DNA of 63,558 nt, filler included, from Octopus bimaculoides (lineage: Eukaryota): the NCBI RefSeq assembly GCF_001194135.2. It is 4 parts of 3 records of this genome, joined end to end, with 100 filler letters (N's around TTAATTAATTAA, not from the genome) between each part and the next. Parts side by side here need not be neighbours in the genome. Positions count along the whole stretch, not along the records: positions 25,538 to 41,261 come from NC_069000.1; positions 41,362 to 60,526 come from NC_068982.1; 2 more parts are not named here. One strand, written 5' to 3'. The position numbers and the translations under genes were made by a program. The notes under the pieces were generated by a model that did not search any database, was not told the DNA's origin, and saw only the letters and a program-made list of their open reading frames with translations. Below are positions 37,611 through 49,260 of the stretch, in pieces. The first letter of the stretch is position 1; every line of letters starts with the position of its first letter.

Positions 37611-38078
37611 ATAACTACTCTTTTCTCCTCCCTACTTTCATTCACTCCTCCCCATCATGCCTCTTACTCCTCTTCACAGATGTTGATAGCAATGATGCTG
37701 ATGGTNNNNNNNNNNNNNNNNNNNNNNNNNNNNNNNNNNNNNNNNNNNNNNNNNNNNNNNNNNNNNNNNNNNNNNNNNNNNNNNNNNNNNNNNNNNNNNN
37801 NNNNNNNNNNNNNNNNNNNNNNNNNNNNNNNNNNNNNNNNNNNNNNNNNNNNNNNNNNNNNNNNNNNNNNNNNNNNNNNNNNNNNNNNNNNNNNNNNNNN
37901 NNNNNNNNNGGTCCTAGTTGTAATTTCCCCATTTTATTTTCAGCCACAGTGTATCTAAGACTACATTATCTAATGTGCTTTTCCATTTCCCTAAAATCAG
38001 TAATGTGTGATTTGAGGAAGTTTTGTCATATATTTCTAGCAAATAAAGCATCCACATTGAAGGTTCCCTCATTAGGTA

Positions 38079-38255
38079 ATGATGGTGGTGGTGGTGGTGG
38101 TGGTGATGGTAGTGATGATTTTGGCAGTGGCGGTGATGGTGGTAGTGATGATGGTGATGGTCGTCGTGGTAGTGATGATGATGATGGTAGCAGTGGTAGT
38201 GGTGTTGATGGTGGTGATGGTGATGATGATGATGGTGTCAGTGGCAACAGTGATG
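38079..38255. repeat. (GAT/GGT)n low-complexity tract
   Basis: Direct inspection. Confidence 0.9.
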
Positions 38256-39379
38256 GCCTCTAACTGTGAATCTAATCACCATCTCCCTCTATCAATACCC
38301 AGCATCACAGTAAAAGACAGCATCACAGCACTCCAATAAACAAAGCAAAAATAAAAAAAAGAAAAGAAAGAAAAGGAAAGAAAGAAAGAAAGAAAGAAAA
38401 ACAGTGAATGGTGATTGAGTAGAGTGTTTTAGCAAAGCTGTTGCCAATTATACTAGCGTTTAGATTATGTTACCTGAGTGCCTAGCAACAGCGGTCATCT
38501 TCACACACACACACAAGCATGCACATGCACATGCACTCGTGCATGCATGCACACATATGTGCACAAATATGGTTAGATTAACCAGTGCATCACACATATA
38601 CATACATATATGTACGCACACACACACACATACACACACACACACTCATGCAAATATGTAATCTCAAACATGTAAATGCAGACACACACATACGCACAGC
38701 TGGGTTAACCAGTTCTTCGTCGCACACACTTATTATACTTACAAGTACACAAACATACACATACACAGAGGTTAACCAGTTTCCATTACATATACACACA
38801 CACACTCAGAGTTAGGTTAACCAGTTCCACACTCACACATATATACATATACACAGACACGTGCACACATACATACACTTATATGCACACACATATATAC
38901 ACAAACACACATACATATACACAAGCACACATGTATATACATACACATATATATATATACACAAACATATCCACGTGAATACAAACATATACACAAAAAA
39001 AAACATACGCACATATGTACACACACATACGCATTCACATACATATATATATACATACATACACACATACACACACACATACATACATATATATATATAT
39101 ATATACACATACACATACACATACCCACATGAATACAGAATACACACAAGCATACATACGCATATGTCCACACATACACACATAATACATACACACATAC
39201 ATGCACACATACACATACACACACAGACTAATTCTCAGAGAACATTGCAGTCTAGCAGACTATTTATTCCTAACACTGCTCAGTTTATAATGCAGTTTGA
39301 AGAATTATTTCCACATAAACAGCTTGGTTTTATCATGTTCTATTTATACAGTCATTCAAATGTTTTTATTTATCGTACA

Positions 39380-40115
39380 CACAGGGATATCTTTTGTTAC
39401 ATTACATCAGTTACAGTGTATTCTGTTCTGTTATGTTACATTATGGTATGGTAGAGAATGTTACATTCTATTGTTACATGATTAAATAGTTTATGTTATG
39501 TTACATTATGTGGTGTTACACCATGTAATTTTATGTATTACATTGTGTTACATTATACTTTGTTAGGTAACATTAAGTTAATTACATTTTGTCTTGTTAC
39601 ATTATGGTATGTTAGAGGATGTTACATTCTATTGTTACATGATTAAATAGTTTATGTTATGTTACATTATGTTNNNNNNNNNNNNNNNNNNNNNNNTACA
39701 TTGTGTTACATTATACTTTGTTAGGTAACATTAAGTTAATTACATTTTGTCTTGTTACATTATGGTATGTTAGAGGATGTTACATTCTATTGTTACATGA
39801 TTAAATAGTTTATGTTATGTTACATTATGTTACAATATGTTGTGTTACACCATGTAATCTTAAGTAACATTACACTGTGTTACTCTATACTCTGTTACAC
39901 TGCATTCTGTTCTGCTACATTAAATTATTGTATGTTAGAGAATGTTACATTCTGTTCTTACATGATTAAACAGGTTATGTTACATTTTGTTGTTACATGA
40001 TTAAATAGGTTATGTTACATTATGATGTGTTACACCATGTTGTATTATTATGTAACATTACACTGTTACATTATACTCCGTTAGGTAACATTACATTGCA
40101 TTCTTACATTGTATC
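39380..40115. repeat. Degenerate pentamer (GTTAC/ATTAT) satellite, resuming at ~40720-40845
   Basis: Direct inspection; interrupted by SINE B and family E copies. Confidence 0.88.
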
Positions 40116-40124
40116 ATTTTATGT

Positions 40125-40350
40125 TGGTTTCAAATTTTGGCACCAGGTCAGTAAGTTTAGAGGAGTTCACTGTAAGTTAATTACATGAACCCACCACCAC
40201 TACCACCACTAGTGTTCAACTGGTACTTATTTACCCTGAAAGGATGAAAGTAAAGGTTGACCTTGGCAGAATTTGAACTCAGAACATAAAGCTGGACAAA
40301 ATGTCAGTAAGCATTTTGCTTAGCGTGCTAATGATTCTACCAGCTCACCA
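40125..40350 (-). mobile_element. SINE B
   Basis: ttggtttcaaattttggcacc tail through cagctcaccacc head. Confidence 0.88.
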
Positions 40351-40544
40351 CCGTATGTATTATTTTATATTTATGTGGTGTAATCATCATCATTTAATGT
40401 CTGCCTTCCATGCTGGCAAGGGTTGGATGGTTTTACAGGAGCCGGCCAGGTAGAAGATGACACCAGGCTGCTGTGTCTGTTTTGGCAAGGTTCTTACAGC
40501 TGGATGCCCCTCCAAATGCCAACCACAAGACCTGCAATTCCAGA

Positions 40545-40720
40545 GGAGAGAGCTAGTCAATTGCATCAACCCCAGTACTCAACTGGTACTTATTTATCAA
40601 TCCCGAAAGGATGAAAGGCAAAGTCAACCCCAGCAGAATTTAAACTCAGAATGTAAAGTCAGAAGAAATGCTACTAAGCATTTGGTCTGATGTGGTAATG
40701 ATTCTGCCAACTTGCCACCT
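40545..40720 (-). mobile_element. SINE B
   Basis: ccccagtactcaactggtacttatttatc...gattctgccaacttgccacct. Confidence 0.88.
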
Positions 40721-41261
40721 TATGTATAATTTTGTATTGTGTGATGTAATATTACATATGGTTATGTTAGAGTATGTTACAATACACTGTGTTACATCCT
40801 GTTACATAGCATTACCGTTATGTCACATTGTGTTATACTAACAATGCATCCTGGCGTTGCCTAGGTGTTATGACCTACAACCACATTGTATTATTTGTTC
40901 CTTTCTTATGGGGAGAATCAGCATAGCTGATACATAGTGAACTGGATTACTGGCGTAATGGAAGTTATTGTTTGTTTAAAAGTGGGGGAAGGTACATGTT
41001 GCATGGGTTTGCATGAAAGTGCTTTCTGTTCTTAAGATGGATCACAAACTATGTGTTGTTTCATCATATAAAAGGGGGGTTAATACGATTTTGCCAGAAA
41101 TCACGTTTTCAAAATTTTAGTTTCCCTCTGTCCCCACTGCAATTTCTTAATTTGTAACTTTTTTGTGAATTTTTTTTTTTTATCCATGGAGAAAAATACA
41201 GAGATTATGAATACGGGAACTATATATTTTTTTCTTAAAGTTTAATTTTTCTTAAAGAAAT

Positions 41262-41361
41262 NNNNNNNNNNNNNNNNNNNNNNNNNNNNNNNNNNNNNNN
41301 NNNNNTTAATTAATTAANNNNNNNNNNNNNNNNNNNNNNNNNNNNNNNNNNNNNNNNNNNN
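41262..41361. other. Artificial linker 44N-TTAATTAATTAA-44N
   Basis: Same as 25438-25537. Confidence 0.95.
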
Positions 41362-43140
41362 TCCTGACCTGATGTCATTTAGGAAGCGTCCTTGCTTCCA
41401 GCTAGACAACAGGCCACGAACATTTAAACAATCAATGTGAACAGACATGTCTTACCTGTTAATCAGGGCTTGTCCGGTGGAAAGGGACTCTCCACCTTTT
41501 CATGATACAGGGTCGGAGGTCGCAGGTCTTGGGAAATAGGTTTCTTAAAATCCCGTTTCATTACAGAATTATCAGGTGGAGGTGGGGTCTCCACCTTTTC
41601 TTTTTCTCGCGTTATCGGGGCTGGTAGTCCATTAAATATAGACTTATTAAAGTCCAGTCTCATAGATGATACTGACTTACGGTGTTTGTTTTGTAAAATT
41701 CTATGAGTCTTATTTGAGACTTCATACACGTCATAGTTGTTGTATTTCTCCGAAAGGTTATCTATTTTTTTTGCAGTCTTAATTAATAGAATGTCTCTCA
41801 TTAGTTCAGTACCTTTACTGTATACGTCTATTATGCCTTTCTCCTCTTTTTCTCTTCTTGCAGTCTTTTTTGGTCGTTCTTCTGTAGTAGTCGCCACTCG
41901 CGGTTCAGCTGCTGATTGTATTTTTCTTTTGTTTGTTGTTTTCTTCTCGTCTTTTTCTTCTTCTTTTTCTTCTTTCTCTTCTTCCTCGTCTTCCTCATTT
42001 TCCATGCAGTTCCTTCGAATTTGGCCTAATTTGCCGCACAAAAAACACCGGGGCTTTCGACCCTCGACAAAAACGTTGAGGAACAACTCCTCCCCAACTT
42101 CTATTTTTTATGGAAGTTGTTCAATTACAGCCTGTTCTCCTTGAATTAGTAAGTGGACCATGTGGTCTATCCAATATGGTTTTTCGGTGACGATAGCTTG
42201 AAGTATATTTACCTCATCTACCTTCTTTGCCAGGACCGCCGCCATCAACCACATTGGGTCAATTTGAGGTGGGACCTTTGTTATTTTNNNNNNNNNNNNN
42301 NNNNNNNNNNNNNNNNNNNNNNNNNNNNNNNNNNNNNNNNNNNNNNNNNNNNNNNNNNNNNNNNNNNNNNNNNNNNNNNNNNNNNNNNNNNNNNNNNNNN
42401 NNNNNNNNNNNNNNNNNNNNNNNNNNNNNNNNNNNNNNNNNNNNNNNNNNNNNNNNNNNNNNNNNNNNNNNNNNNNNNNNNNNNNNNNNNNNNNNNNNNN
42501 NNNNNNNNNNNNNNNNNNNNNNNNNNNNNNNNNNNNNNNNNNNNNNNNNNNNNNNNNNNNNNNNNNNNNNNNNNNNNNNNNNNNNNNNNNNNNNNNNNNN
42601 NNNNNNNNNNNNNNNNNNNNNNNNNNNNNNNNNNNNNNNNNNNNNNNNNNNNNNNNNNNNNNNNNNNNNNNNNNNNNNNNNNNNNNNNNNNNNNNNNNNN
42701 NNNNNNNNNNNNNNNNNNNNNNNNNNNNNNNNNNNNNNNNNNNNNNNNNNNNNNNNNNNNNNNNNNNNNNNNNNNNNNNNNNNNNNNNNNNNNNNNNNNN
42801 NNNNNNNNNNNNNNNNNNNNNNNNNNNNNNNNNNNNNTGTTCCTCCTTGTAACGGTACAATTTGATAGATTTGGAAACTCCTCTTCAGAAGAATCCGAAA
42901 CTTCTCCTAACAATAAATTTTCTATATTTTTTCCCTCGGTTGACGCCTCTTCGCCAGACGAAGATACACTATTCGGCATCTTACCAGCAATTACTGTTTC
43001 CCCCATGGGGGAAACACACGATAGTTTTCGAACGAAGACTATCACACAATAGTTATAACAAGAACACAAAGAAACAGTCAATGGAAACTTGCACTTACTG
43101 TACAGACGCACTCAAATAATAAGTAATAATCCAAATTCCC
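41362..43140 (-). mobile_element. L1-group (Tx1-like) LINE 5' portion: 5' UTR, gag-like ORF1 (ATG 43006 or 42979 to stop 41463) and start of ORF2 endonuclease (ATG 41448)
   Basis: ORF1 has knuckle CFLCGKLGQIRRNC plus an acidic/basic tract, one in-frame stop (42108-42110) and an N gap; 14 bp after its stop, MSVHIDCLNVRGLLSSWKQGRFLNDIRSG is a typical APE N-terminus. Confidence 0.85.
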
Positions 43141-43149
43141 GGAGTCGTT

Positions 43150-43239
43150 ATACCGCTAAGCATTTCAACCGGTGTCACACAGATGAAATACCGCCAAGCA
43201 TTTCGCCCGGCGTGCTAACGATTCTGCTAGCTGGCCGCC

Positions 43240-43240
<1 letters not shown>
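43150..43240 (-). mobile_element. SINE B head fragment with partial internal duplication
   Basis: Minus: aggcggccagctagcagaatcgttagcacgccgggcgaaatgcttggcggtatttc. Confidence 0.88.
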
Positions 43241-43283
<43 letters not shown>

Positions 43284-43715
43284 CGTTTCTTTATTGGCCA
43301 CAAGGGCCGAACACAAAACAAATAGAGACAGTACAAAACTAGGGACACGTGGAGTTTAACACAAAAGTCGAGTAAACAATAAAATATAACCATGACAACA
43401 ATATAATTAAACAATAAAATTCCTCAAAAGTGGGTATTCCCTCACAGGGTTATCCGAGGAGCCCCACATATCTTGGTTACCCTGACTGTCATGTGCACCT
43501 CAGCAAGCGTTTCTCTCCTTCTCAATTCCCGTGTTTACAAACGAAAGTTCAGAGTAGGCCCATTCACATGGGCCATCCTCGCCAGATTCACCCACCTTTC
43601 AATAAAGATATTGGATGCCAGAACATCCCTCTCAACTCCCCCAACGAGGGCGTGCAGACCGGTTTCGTCACTCTGCGCGCATCTTGGACAAAAACTGTTC
43701 AGCACACCAATAATC
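43241..43715 (-). mobile_element. Tx1-like LINE 3' end: ORF2 zinc-binding remnant, 3' UTR, AATAAA, (ATT)n tail
   Basis: FCPRCAQSDETGLHAL...VERDVLASNIFIERWVNLARMAHVNGPTLNFRL*, then cccttgtggccaataaagaaacg(att)14. Confidence 0.8.
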
Positions 43716-43851
43716 GTTCAACATCAACAACTATAAGTTGACATTTGCTCATAAATATATTGAGCTAGTTTTAAAGAAAATTACTGTCAAACAGAATACA
43801 TACAGATAAGAGACATACAAACACGAGCTACTATATACATATATAAGCATG

Positions 43852-44080
43852 TCGCAGCACTTCGTCGGTTACGACGACTAGGGTTCCAGTTTATCCGATC
43901 AATGGAACAGCCTGCTCGTGAAATTAACGTGCAAGTGGCTGAGCACTCCACAGACACGTATACTCTTAACGTAGTTCTCTGGGAGATTCAGCGTGACACA
44001 GAGTGTAACAAGGCTGACCTTTTGAAATATAGGTATAACAGAAACAGGAAGAAAAAGTGAGTGAAAGAGTACAGCAGGAT
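43852..44080 (-). mobile_element. SINE C, 5'-truncated
   Basis: acttcgtcggttacgacgac...ctcgtgaaattaacgtgcaagtggctgagcactccacagac. Confidence 0.9.
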
Positions 44081-44899
44081 TTAACGTTCTATAAATATTA
44101 AGAGGGGAATACACATGAAAATATACATAGAAATAAATATCCGTATATACATACAGAATATATTGAGTATATTCTATAGTTGTGTAAGATATTACGCTTA
44201 TAATCAGCATCTTCCTAAATTTATCAAAAATACTGCTTTCATGCATGAAATGCTAAAACAAGATACAAAACTACCTTGAGAAAAATATAAAAAGATATAT
44301 TTCTGATTTGCGTATCGTCGCTTGTTCCGAGAAAAGAAATAATGGTAGAATATATGCATCAATATTTCCACTAAATGTAACACAGCTGGTCTGATGCGGT
44401 TGCTTGGGTTAGAAGATATAAATTATGGAATTTTTGGAAGTCAGCTATCAAGCGAAGGAATACATTTCCTTCAAAATTCTCGAGTAGAGGAATATCTATT
44501 CACAAGTGTCTCCAAACTTACAACGTTTTAAGTTTGCCTTTGTACCTGTAATAATTAGGCACTTTGCATTAGTCCCTGAGGCTGGAATTTTTGTGTTAAG
44601 AAATAGAAATATAACTCGTAATCTGAAAATTTTTTCTGTAAGTTGAACTGTGAAAATGTGTAAGATCTTTCTAGAATTACAAGCTTTTTGATGCTGTTGT
44701 TATTATCTAAATTTCAGGAATGAACCTTTACTTATTAGTTAGAAACCAGCTTCTTTATAAGACGATTTCAAGGAGAGCAAAATAGAGACAGCCATGCATG
44801 GCATTGATAAATCTGTATGTCAAGCATAAGGTATTATATATCATTATAAGGGATTATTTCCCCCTAAATTTGGTTCTTCTTATAAGCCTGTTAAAGTCA

Positions 44900-46690
44900 T
44901 TAGCCATATTATTTGAATAATGGGTATAATATCCATCAGCAAGACTAGGATTTCCCATATACGTTCTATGGCGTCCATTTCCGGTGGCATACAGATCTTT
45001 GTACTTCTGTTTCGACTTGGAATATTAAGCGGATCAGCAGTATTGTTTCGGAGGTTTGGGGTCGGGAACAGTAGCGAAGAGGATAACTTCGAAGTTAAAG
45101 CTACCTGCGCCTTCACAAGAGTGGGAAATAAAATTTCTTAAGGAGCCTGGGAGATTTCCTTGAAATGTCTCGCTCTTTTCTGTTAGTGGGCGATTGGAAA
45201 GCACCATTTCAGGTACTCCAAGCTTTCAAAGACCAGGTCAGAAGACTAGTTGCGTAGAAGCCGGCCATGGCAATCGTCAACTATTTATGGTGGCCAATCC
45301 TAAATCAGCTATTAGATAAGAAATTAGTTAGAAATTAGAAAGGAAATAGTGATAGATAATTCTACATTGGAGGGTTATGAATCTAAAAGGAATAGAAAGG
45401 CATTGCGACTGACGTGCTGGCGGCGATATTGGTTCTTGACTTAATATTCAACGTGAAGCACGAAGGTTGCGTTGTAAGAGCAAGAGCTCAAGCTATAAGG
45501 TATGAGTGAATGAAACCTGTTCGATCTACCCGGATAGCAGAGACGCAACGTACATCAAAGCCACAATTCTGTTTTTGACAGATCAGAAGTGGTGCCTACT
45601 ACTCAAATCCATGTACATGTGTACGCCTTTTCAGTAAGACTTTGCTCAACAGTATGAGGCTGGATGTGGATCGGAGAGGGTGGTGAAATTTGCCGCTTAT
45701 CTTGAGTATCTGCCACGGCTCTCGACTGGGGATGCAGAGTTCTACGAAAGGCCGATAACAGCTGGTGAAAACAAGAAGCGATGGCTGGCTGCATGGGGAA
45801 GAAATCGTCGGAGCTGGGTGGCTTGCCTTACCCGTTATCTGCCAGATTCATATGCCAGATTTGTTTGGGTGCCTCTGGGCAGCTGTTTACTGTAACTGGC
45901 AACAGAGCGGGTGGGTTTTTAGTCTTGCTAAACGAGGTGTGGTTGTACTGCTGAAGAGGAATCCGACAACTTCAGGCTCGTACCTTTGTTAAATGTGCAG
46001 TTAAAGATTTTAGCCAAGGAGTTAGGCAAAAGGTCGGCGCGTGTCAGTATTCTGGTAGGTGAGGCACTGACCTACACTATCTTTAACAGATCTATTCACG
46101 GCAGAAACTCTACCTAACGCGGTACATCATAAAAAGCGTGGATAAAGAACCTGGCATGAGCGGGCCTTTAACCAATTTAGAAAGCTTTCAGTAGGGTTGA
46201 TCATCAATATATGGCGGCTGTTTCCAGGGTGGCTGGTTACGATCCTGTCTCTAGAGGTTGCATCACTGCACTATAAACCGGTTCCACTCGGTGATCCTAA
46301 TAAATAGCCAGCTATAGGAACCGTTCAATATCATGCGTTCAATTTGTCAAGGGTGCTTCCTCTTGCCCCTTCAGCATGTATTGGCAGTCGAGCTACTAAT
46401 ACGCATATAAAAGGTTTCGAGCGCATCCCATATAACCTAGGATGTGGAAGAGCTGTGTCAGCATATACGGATAACGTTATTAGGATTGTATCGTGCTCTA
46501 GACACATCGAGGTAATCGGCAGGGCTTTGGTAGAGTACATAGTAGTGATAGTAGCAAAATTAACCAGGAAAATGCTATTTCTTTTTACACAAAAACCCCT
46601 CCTTCCATTTTTGTACCCTGTCTTTTTGTACTATATTTGTTTACCATGATCTCTTGTGGTTAATAAAGAACTCATCATTATTGTTGTTGT
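44900..46690 (+). mobile_element. Heavily decayed Tx1-like LINE ORF2 (APE and RT) with 3' UTR; C-terminal half deleted
   Basis: IISISKTRI (APE), LVGDW, YLPRLSTGDAEFYERPITA, DNFRLVPLLNVQLKILAK, RSICQGC, VSAYTDNV (YADD-like); ends cttgtggttaataaagaa...attattg. Confidence 0.85.
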
Positions 46691-47280
46691 TGATTTTACT
46701 GATGGTCCTATAGTATACATTGACCGCGTGGGTATTTTCTCACAACGATAGCAATCAGCTTGTATTTTAGTTTTAAAACAATAAATTTCCGCGTTACTCT
46801 CTAAAGGAAATTATACTGGTATGCATATATGCATTTTTATATGAACACATACCCACATACTCACGCACACACGCACGCGCACACACACATATCTCACACA
46901 CGCACACATATTGCCATGAGAAATTTTTGGAAACAAAAGCACTTCCAGTAAGGAAGTGGTTACAATAATTCTAAACAACTTCTCTGCTAAATTCATTAAA
47001 AATATATATTAGCAATATACGATCATTGAAAAAAAGAAAATGAATTAATTATTAACCTTTGACCTATGTCAATAAATAACGCTTTACTAGTACAGTTTAA
47101 AATTTTTGATCATTTAGTAGAATAGAATAAATGAGAGGAGTCACTGATCCGATCATAGCTCTTTTAAAGTTAAACACTGAAACCAGTAATGCTTCAATCA
47201 CAATTATTCTATGCAGCTATCTCTAAATAAATACTTCTCGGGGAATCAGTTTTATGTATTTTCATAATTAGTTTAGATGC

Positions 47281-47596
47281 GTGAAGGCGCGTGGCTTCGT
47301 GGTTATAGTATTCGGCTCATGATTTGAGTTCAATTCCGGGCGACGCGTTTTGCCCTTGAGCAAAACATTTTATTTCACGTTGCACCAGTCCACTTAGCTG
47401 GCAAAAATGAATAGTACCTGTATTTCAAAGGGCCAGCCATGGTATACTGTGTGTCACGCTGAATCTCCCTGAGAACTATGTTAAGGGTACACGTATCTGT
47501 GGAGTGCTCAACCACTCACACGTTTATTCCACGAGCAATCTGTTCCTTTGGTCGGATCAACTAGAACTCGCATCGTTGTAACCGACGGAGTGCCAA
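47281..47596 (+). mobile_element. SINE C variant: tRNA head, alternative central domain, family C 3' tail
   Basis: cccttgagcaaaacattttatttcacgttgcaccagtccacttagctgg replaces the ggggatggtggcgaaccc body; the tail from tttcaaagggcc onward matches family C. Confidence 0.85.
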
Positions 47597-47870
47597 TTAA
47601 TTTAGTTGCATTGTCGAACTGAAATTTGTTCATAAACTTGTATATTAAGGACGCTCCAATGTATTATTTTTTTTAGATTCAATAAATGTTTGATATTTTT
47701 ACTTGTTCTCCTGTGATACAATGCATTATGGGACAGTGTACGGTAATAAATGAAATCATTTCATAAATTTTGACACTAAAAAAATTTATGAGAATGAAAA
47801 TAAATGTACAACTCAAAAAACGCCCATATGATGATTTCGTAAGACGCTTGGAATTATAGAGATGACGTTA

Positions 47871-48413
47871 TCTATAGTAATAAAAGTGAAATTCTGTCTG
47901 TCAATCTGGGACCCCTGTATCTCAGTCTACATTTGTTCTACGTAGACATACACCTTTTGGAAATCAGGATGATCCGGGAATAAAAATCTGCGCTTTATTT
48001 TATTCTTGAACATCTAGCGTTGAGATCTGATTTAAAAGCCTTTGGATCGCTATTTCTAGCAGGTAAAGCTTGACTCATTCACGCCATCTTGTTTGGTGTT
48101 TGTCAGAGGACGTCAGAGATCAAAGGTGAGATAAATGTAATCTGCTTTGTTAAAGTTACCTAGAGATAAGAACTTTGGAACCAATTGGACAACAGTTGGA
48201 ATTCAAATTGGGATTGGAACAAGAGAATGATTGCATTACAGAATTAATTTTCATCCGTTCTTAACCTCTGATCAAACGCCACTGGGGCATATAGTCATTA
48301 TAGACATATTATAGTCATGCTATTTGTCTCTGTTCAGTTTTGGGCCACAGTCCCAATTAGCCCTCTGCAGGAGCTAGCTTAAAAGTCCTCATGGAGTACA
48401 GCTTTTGAGCTAG
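47871..48413 (+). mobile_element. Possible Helitron-type non-autonomous element
   Basis: a|TCtatagtaataaaagtgaaattctgtctgtc start and gagCTAG|t end; no convincing subterminal hairpin. Confidence 0.3.
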
Positions 48414-49044
48414 TACTGAATAAAAGAAAGACAATGACGGACCTCGTTGTAAATAATACTCCATTCTCAGTGCTGTGTGAATGAATCACAATAACATCAT
48501 CAAATTTCTCGTAGCCTATAAATATTTTATCTCTATCACTATACAGACACATAAAGTATTGCTTTACTCAGTTAAAAAAAGCATCGTTCAGCACAACATT
48601 ACAATGAAAATATAGTGACTTCATATTGTGAACATGGCCACCGATCTGGACACTAAGAACGAGACGAAGGACAAGACGAGGGCTGGAATCGACTCTTGGC
48701 AGATTACATTCTGAAGAGGTATCAGCCTACAATTGCACTCCTGAAACTGGTTTTCGCTTTTAAAACTTCGATTTTGCACCAGCTGATTGTATACATACTA
48801 TTACAAGCACAGATAACGATGTGATTCAAGGCGCGACACTTTGAGCAAGCATCTTCTATAATAGTCTTGAATTGATCAATGCTCAAGAATAGAATTATGT
48901 AGCCGGAAAATGTGCAGAAGTTCGTCATACATACATTCCCACATACACACACCACGTATACACGTACACGCCACTCACACACACACACAGATTCATAAAA
49001 TATATTTATTATTTATTATATATATATATCATATATTTATTATA

Positions 49045-49260
49045 GAGGACGATGAGTTGGCAGGATTGTTAGCTCGTCGTGCATAATGCTTAACGGCATT
49101 TCTTCCGACTTTACGTTCTGAGTTCAAATGCCACCGAGGTCGCTTTGCCTTTCATCTTTTCCGAGCCGATAAAATAAGTACCAGTTGAATATTGAAGTCG
49201 ATGTAATCGACTTATCCTAACTCCTGAAATTGCTGGCCTTGTGCCAAAATTTGGAACCAG
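49045..49260 (+). mobile_element. SINE B, full length
   Basis: gagttggcaggattgttagc head, gttcaaatgcc B box, ggccttgtgccaaaatttggaacc tail. Confidence 0.9.

Noticed and set aside
38026-38339. Gly/Asp-, Val/Met- or Pro/Ser-rich ORFs
   Set aside because: Translations of a (GAT/GGT)n low-complexity tract.
39539-39830. ~130-bp exact tandem duplication
   Set aside because: The two copies flank a short N gap, typical of unmerged contig overlap.
43645-43705. GAA-ACCGGU-C hammerhead-like motif on the minus strand
   Set aside because: It lies in LINE ORF2 coding sequence (SDETGLH), the core has G8C, and helix II is poor, so coding coincidence explains it.
48634-48720. Kozak ATG with MATDLDTKNETKDKTRAGIDSWQITF
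   Set aside because: It stops after 26 codons, before the weak donor, and has no supporting exons.
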